DNA from: a virus | Reading direction: 5' to 3' (one strand) | Virus record (IMG/VR): IMGVR_UViG_3300045988_092324 | Span: 1 to 34,786 of that record | Length of the DNA: 34,786 nt | Shown: in pieces, positions 33,313 to 34,786 of the stretch | Layout: every line of letters starts with the position of its first letter | How positions within the stretch are numbered: position 1 is the stretch's first letter | Position numbers and translations under genes: made by a program | The notes under the pieces: model-generated | The model's database searches: none | What the model was told of the DNA's origin: nothing | The model's input: the letters and a program-made list of their open reading frames with translations, nothing else

Positions 33313-33999
33313 ATGGCGAGATATTTAGTGGGCAACATCAAGGGCCCCAAGGGTGACACCGGCGCGACAGGACCACAAGGGCCCGCCGGCGCGCGAGGGG
33401 CCACGGGAGCCACGGGCCCGCAGGGTCCGAAAGGCGACGCGGGCGCGACAGGACCGCAAGGGCCAACCGGCAAGCAGGGGCCGACAGGCCCCACTGGCCC
33501 CGCGGGCTCGCAAGGACCGCAGGGCATCCAGGGGCCTAAAGGTCCGACAGGCCCGCAGGGGCCGCGAGGCCCGCAGGGGCCGTCTGGCGGCGAAATCAAG
33601 GACACGCGCAACGACAACCAGCCGCCGAGCTGGTACATGAAGAACCACGCGAATGAGACTGTAGTCGAGTTCAAGAATGCCAAGGTCATCGGGCTTTCGA
33701 GCAGCGAGACCTATGCGACCCTCGTCACCTTCGTGCAATGGGGCGAAAGTTCCGGCGGGTACCCGAAGCAGGTCGCTATGAGCGGCGAAGACATATGGTG
33801 GCGGCGCGGCGGGTCGGACTCTTCGTGGACGGCGTGGCAGCACATCCTCGATATCCTCGACCCGAACACGATGTGGATCATAGCCCATCGTGTCGGCGAG
33901 TACTTGGAGACGGACGGCTCGTTTGACCCGAACAACATCGGCGGTACATGGGTGCGGGCACCGAGTATCGGGCCGCACACGTGGCTGAGAACTAGTTAA
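33313..33999 (+). CDS. Collagen-like tail fibre protein
   Basis: [24 protein letters not shown]... followed by [28 protein letters not shown]. Confidence 0.78.
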   Translation: MARYLVGNIKGPKGDTGATGPQGPAGARGATGATGPQGPKGDAGATGPQGPTGKQGPTGPTGPAGSQGPQGIQGPKGPTGPQGPRGPQGPSGGEIKDTRNDNQPPSWYMKNHANETVVEFKNAKVIGLSSSETYATLVTFVQWGESSGGYPKQVAMSGEDIWWRRGGSDSSWTAWQHILDILDPNTMWIIAHRVGEYLETDGSFDPNNIGGTWVRAPSIGPHTWLRTS

Positions 34000-34009
34000 A
34001 GGAGAGAAC

Positions 34010-34240
34010 ATGGCAAAGACAGAGAATTTCACCCACTACACCTGCGACCGATGCGGCGCTGACGCGTACCTCCAGCAAGGTGCTGCGGCGACTGGTGACT
34101 GGCGCGAGGTCGAGCGCTTCGACCAGTACGGCAGCAGGGCCACGCGCCTGCTGTGCAAGGGGTGCACGGACGCGTACAAGAAGCTCGCCGCCAAGCACGA
34201 CGGCGAGTTCCAGCAGTTCATGAGCAACGCGAAGGAGTAG
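34010..34240 (+). CDS. Small Cys-motif protein within tail module
   Basis: MAKTENFTHYTCDRCGADAYLQQG...LLCKGCTDAYKKL. Confidence 0.7.
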   Translation: MAKTENFTHYTCDRCGADAYLQQGAAATGDWREVERFDQYGSRATRLLCKGCTDAYKKLAAKHDGEFQQFMSNAKE

Positions 34241-34244
34241 TAAC

Positions 34245-34786
34245 ATGGCATTTGAAATCGTGGACGGCATGACGGGGACCAAGCACATCAGCTCAGACGA
34301 CCTGTCGGCGCTGAACGTCGCGACCATCGGCAAAGCAAACTGCGTGCTGGAGTACGGTGACGACTTCAAGCTCACGATGGCGAGCGCGAACAGCGCGACG
34401 CTCGGCACCGGTGTAGGTATGGTCGGCGGCAAGAGATTTTGGAACCAGGCGGCAACCTCGCTGACGGTCCAGTCTGGTACGCAGGGCCAGAAGCGTAACG
34501 ACCTCGTCGTAGCCCGCTACGCGAAGACCAGCGCGGGCATCGAGAGCATCACGCCCGTCGTCGTCAAGGGCACGCCCAGCACGGGGACGGCGGCGGACCC
34601 CGCGACGACCTCCAACGACCTGAAGCTCTGGCGCATCCCGCTGAACGGCATCAGCGTCGGCACGCCCGTGAGGCTCTTCGACCCCGTGGCCTCGCTCGCG
34701 ACCCTCGGGGATTCTGTATCCCAAGGCCGCGACCCGTCGCTCGACCGCAGCGGGACTGCCGAGGGATGGAACTATTCACTCGTTCA
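34245..34786 (+). CDS. N-terminal part of a tail-fibre/receptor-binding protein, open at the window end
   Basis: ATG 34245 with aaggagtagtaac RBS; MAFEIVDGMTGTKHISSDDLSALNVATIGKANCVLEYGDDF...TVQSGTQGQKRNDLVVARYAKTSAGIESITPVVVKGTPSTG...; no stop before 34786; last 77 nt are the inverted repeat. Confidence 0.85.
   Translation, partial: MAFEIVDGMTGTKHISSDDLSALNVATIGKANCVLEYGDDFKLTMASANSATLGTGVGMVGGKRFWNQAATSLTVQSGTQGQKRNDLVVARYAKTSAGIESITPVVVKGTPSTGTAADPATTSNDLKLWRIPLNGISVGTPVRLFDPVASLATLGDSVSQGRDPSLDRSGTAEGWNYSLV
34710..34786. repeat. Right copy of perfect 77-bp inverted repeat, coding for fibre residues ~DSVSQGRDPSLDRSGTAEGWNYSLV
   Basis: Exact reverse complement of 1-77. Confidence 0.98.

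Noticed and set aside
32428-33600. CRISPR-like repetitive DNA
   Set aside because: Repeats are in-frame Gly-x-y (collagen) codons without spacer/repeat periodicity.
1-34786. Terminal inverted repeats as transposon or integron-type ends, or protein-primed linear genome ends (phi29-like)
   Set aside because: No transposase. The genome has TerS/TerL packaging and no evident protein-primed polymerase. The repeat is coding in the fibre ORF. An invertible locus fits better.
34245-34786. Diversity-generating retroelement as the fibre variation mechanism
   Set aside because: No reverse transcriptase or template/variable repeat pair seen in the window.

Overview
The window looks like one essentially complete genome unit of a high-GC temperate siphophage, probably from an actinobacterial or Coriobacteriia-type host. 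The host guess is an inference from GC, an mIHF-like gene and gene style. Order: tyrosine recombinase 1 (76-942, -) - lysis module (holin-like, exported amidase) - terminator - integrase 2 (3123-4250, -) - lysogeny-expressed cargo (small TM protein; DUF4041/GIY-YIG 'SNIPE-like' nuclease) - S24-type repressor / Cro-like switch - early recombination/replication genes (RusA, Bet/RecT, DUF1351, mIHF-like, SSB) - many small Cys-rich proteins - terminase, portal, MuF-like protein with a JAB-like C-terminus, scaffold, capsid, connectors, tail genes with a -1 frameshift chaperone pair, tape measure, Dit/Tal-like, collagen-repeat fibres. The strongest observation is that the window is bounded by a perfect 77-bp inverted repeat (1-77 / 34710-34786). 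One copy abuts the stop codon of recombinase 1. The other lies in frame inside an unfinished tail-fibre ORF. This predicts a recombinase-driven invertible (phase-variable) receptor-binding locus just outside the window ends, with the contig broken exactly at the inversion repeats. The second strongest is the SNIPE-like nuclease directly downstream of the repressor, followed by a small membrane-protein locus flanked by ~56-bp direct repeats. All family assignments come from motif recognition by eye; no database search was run.
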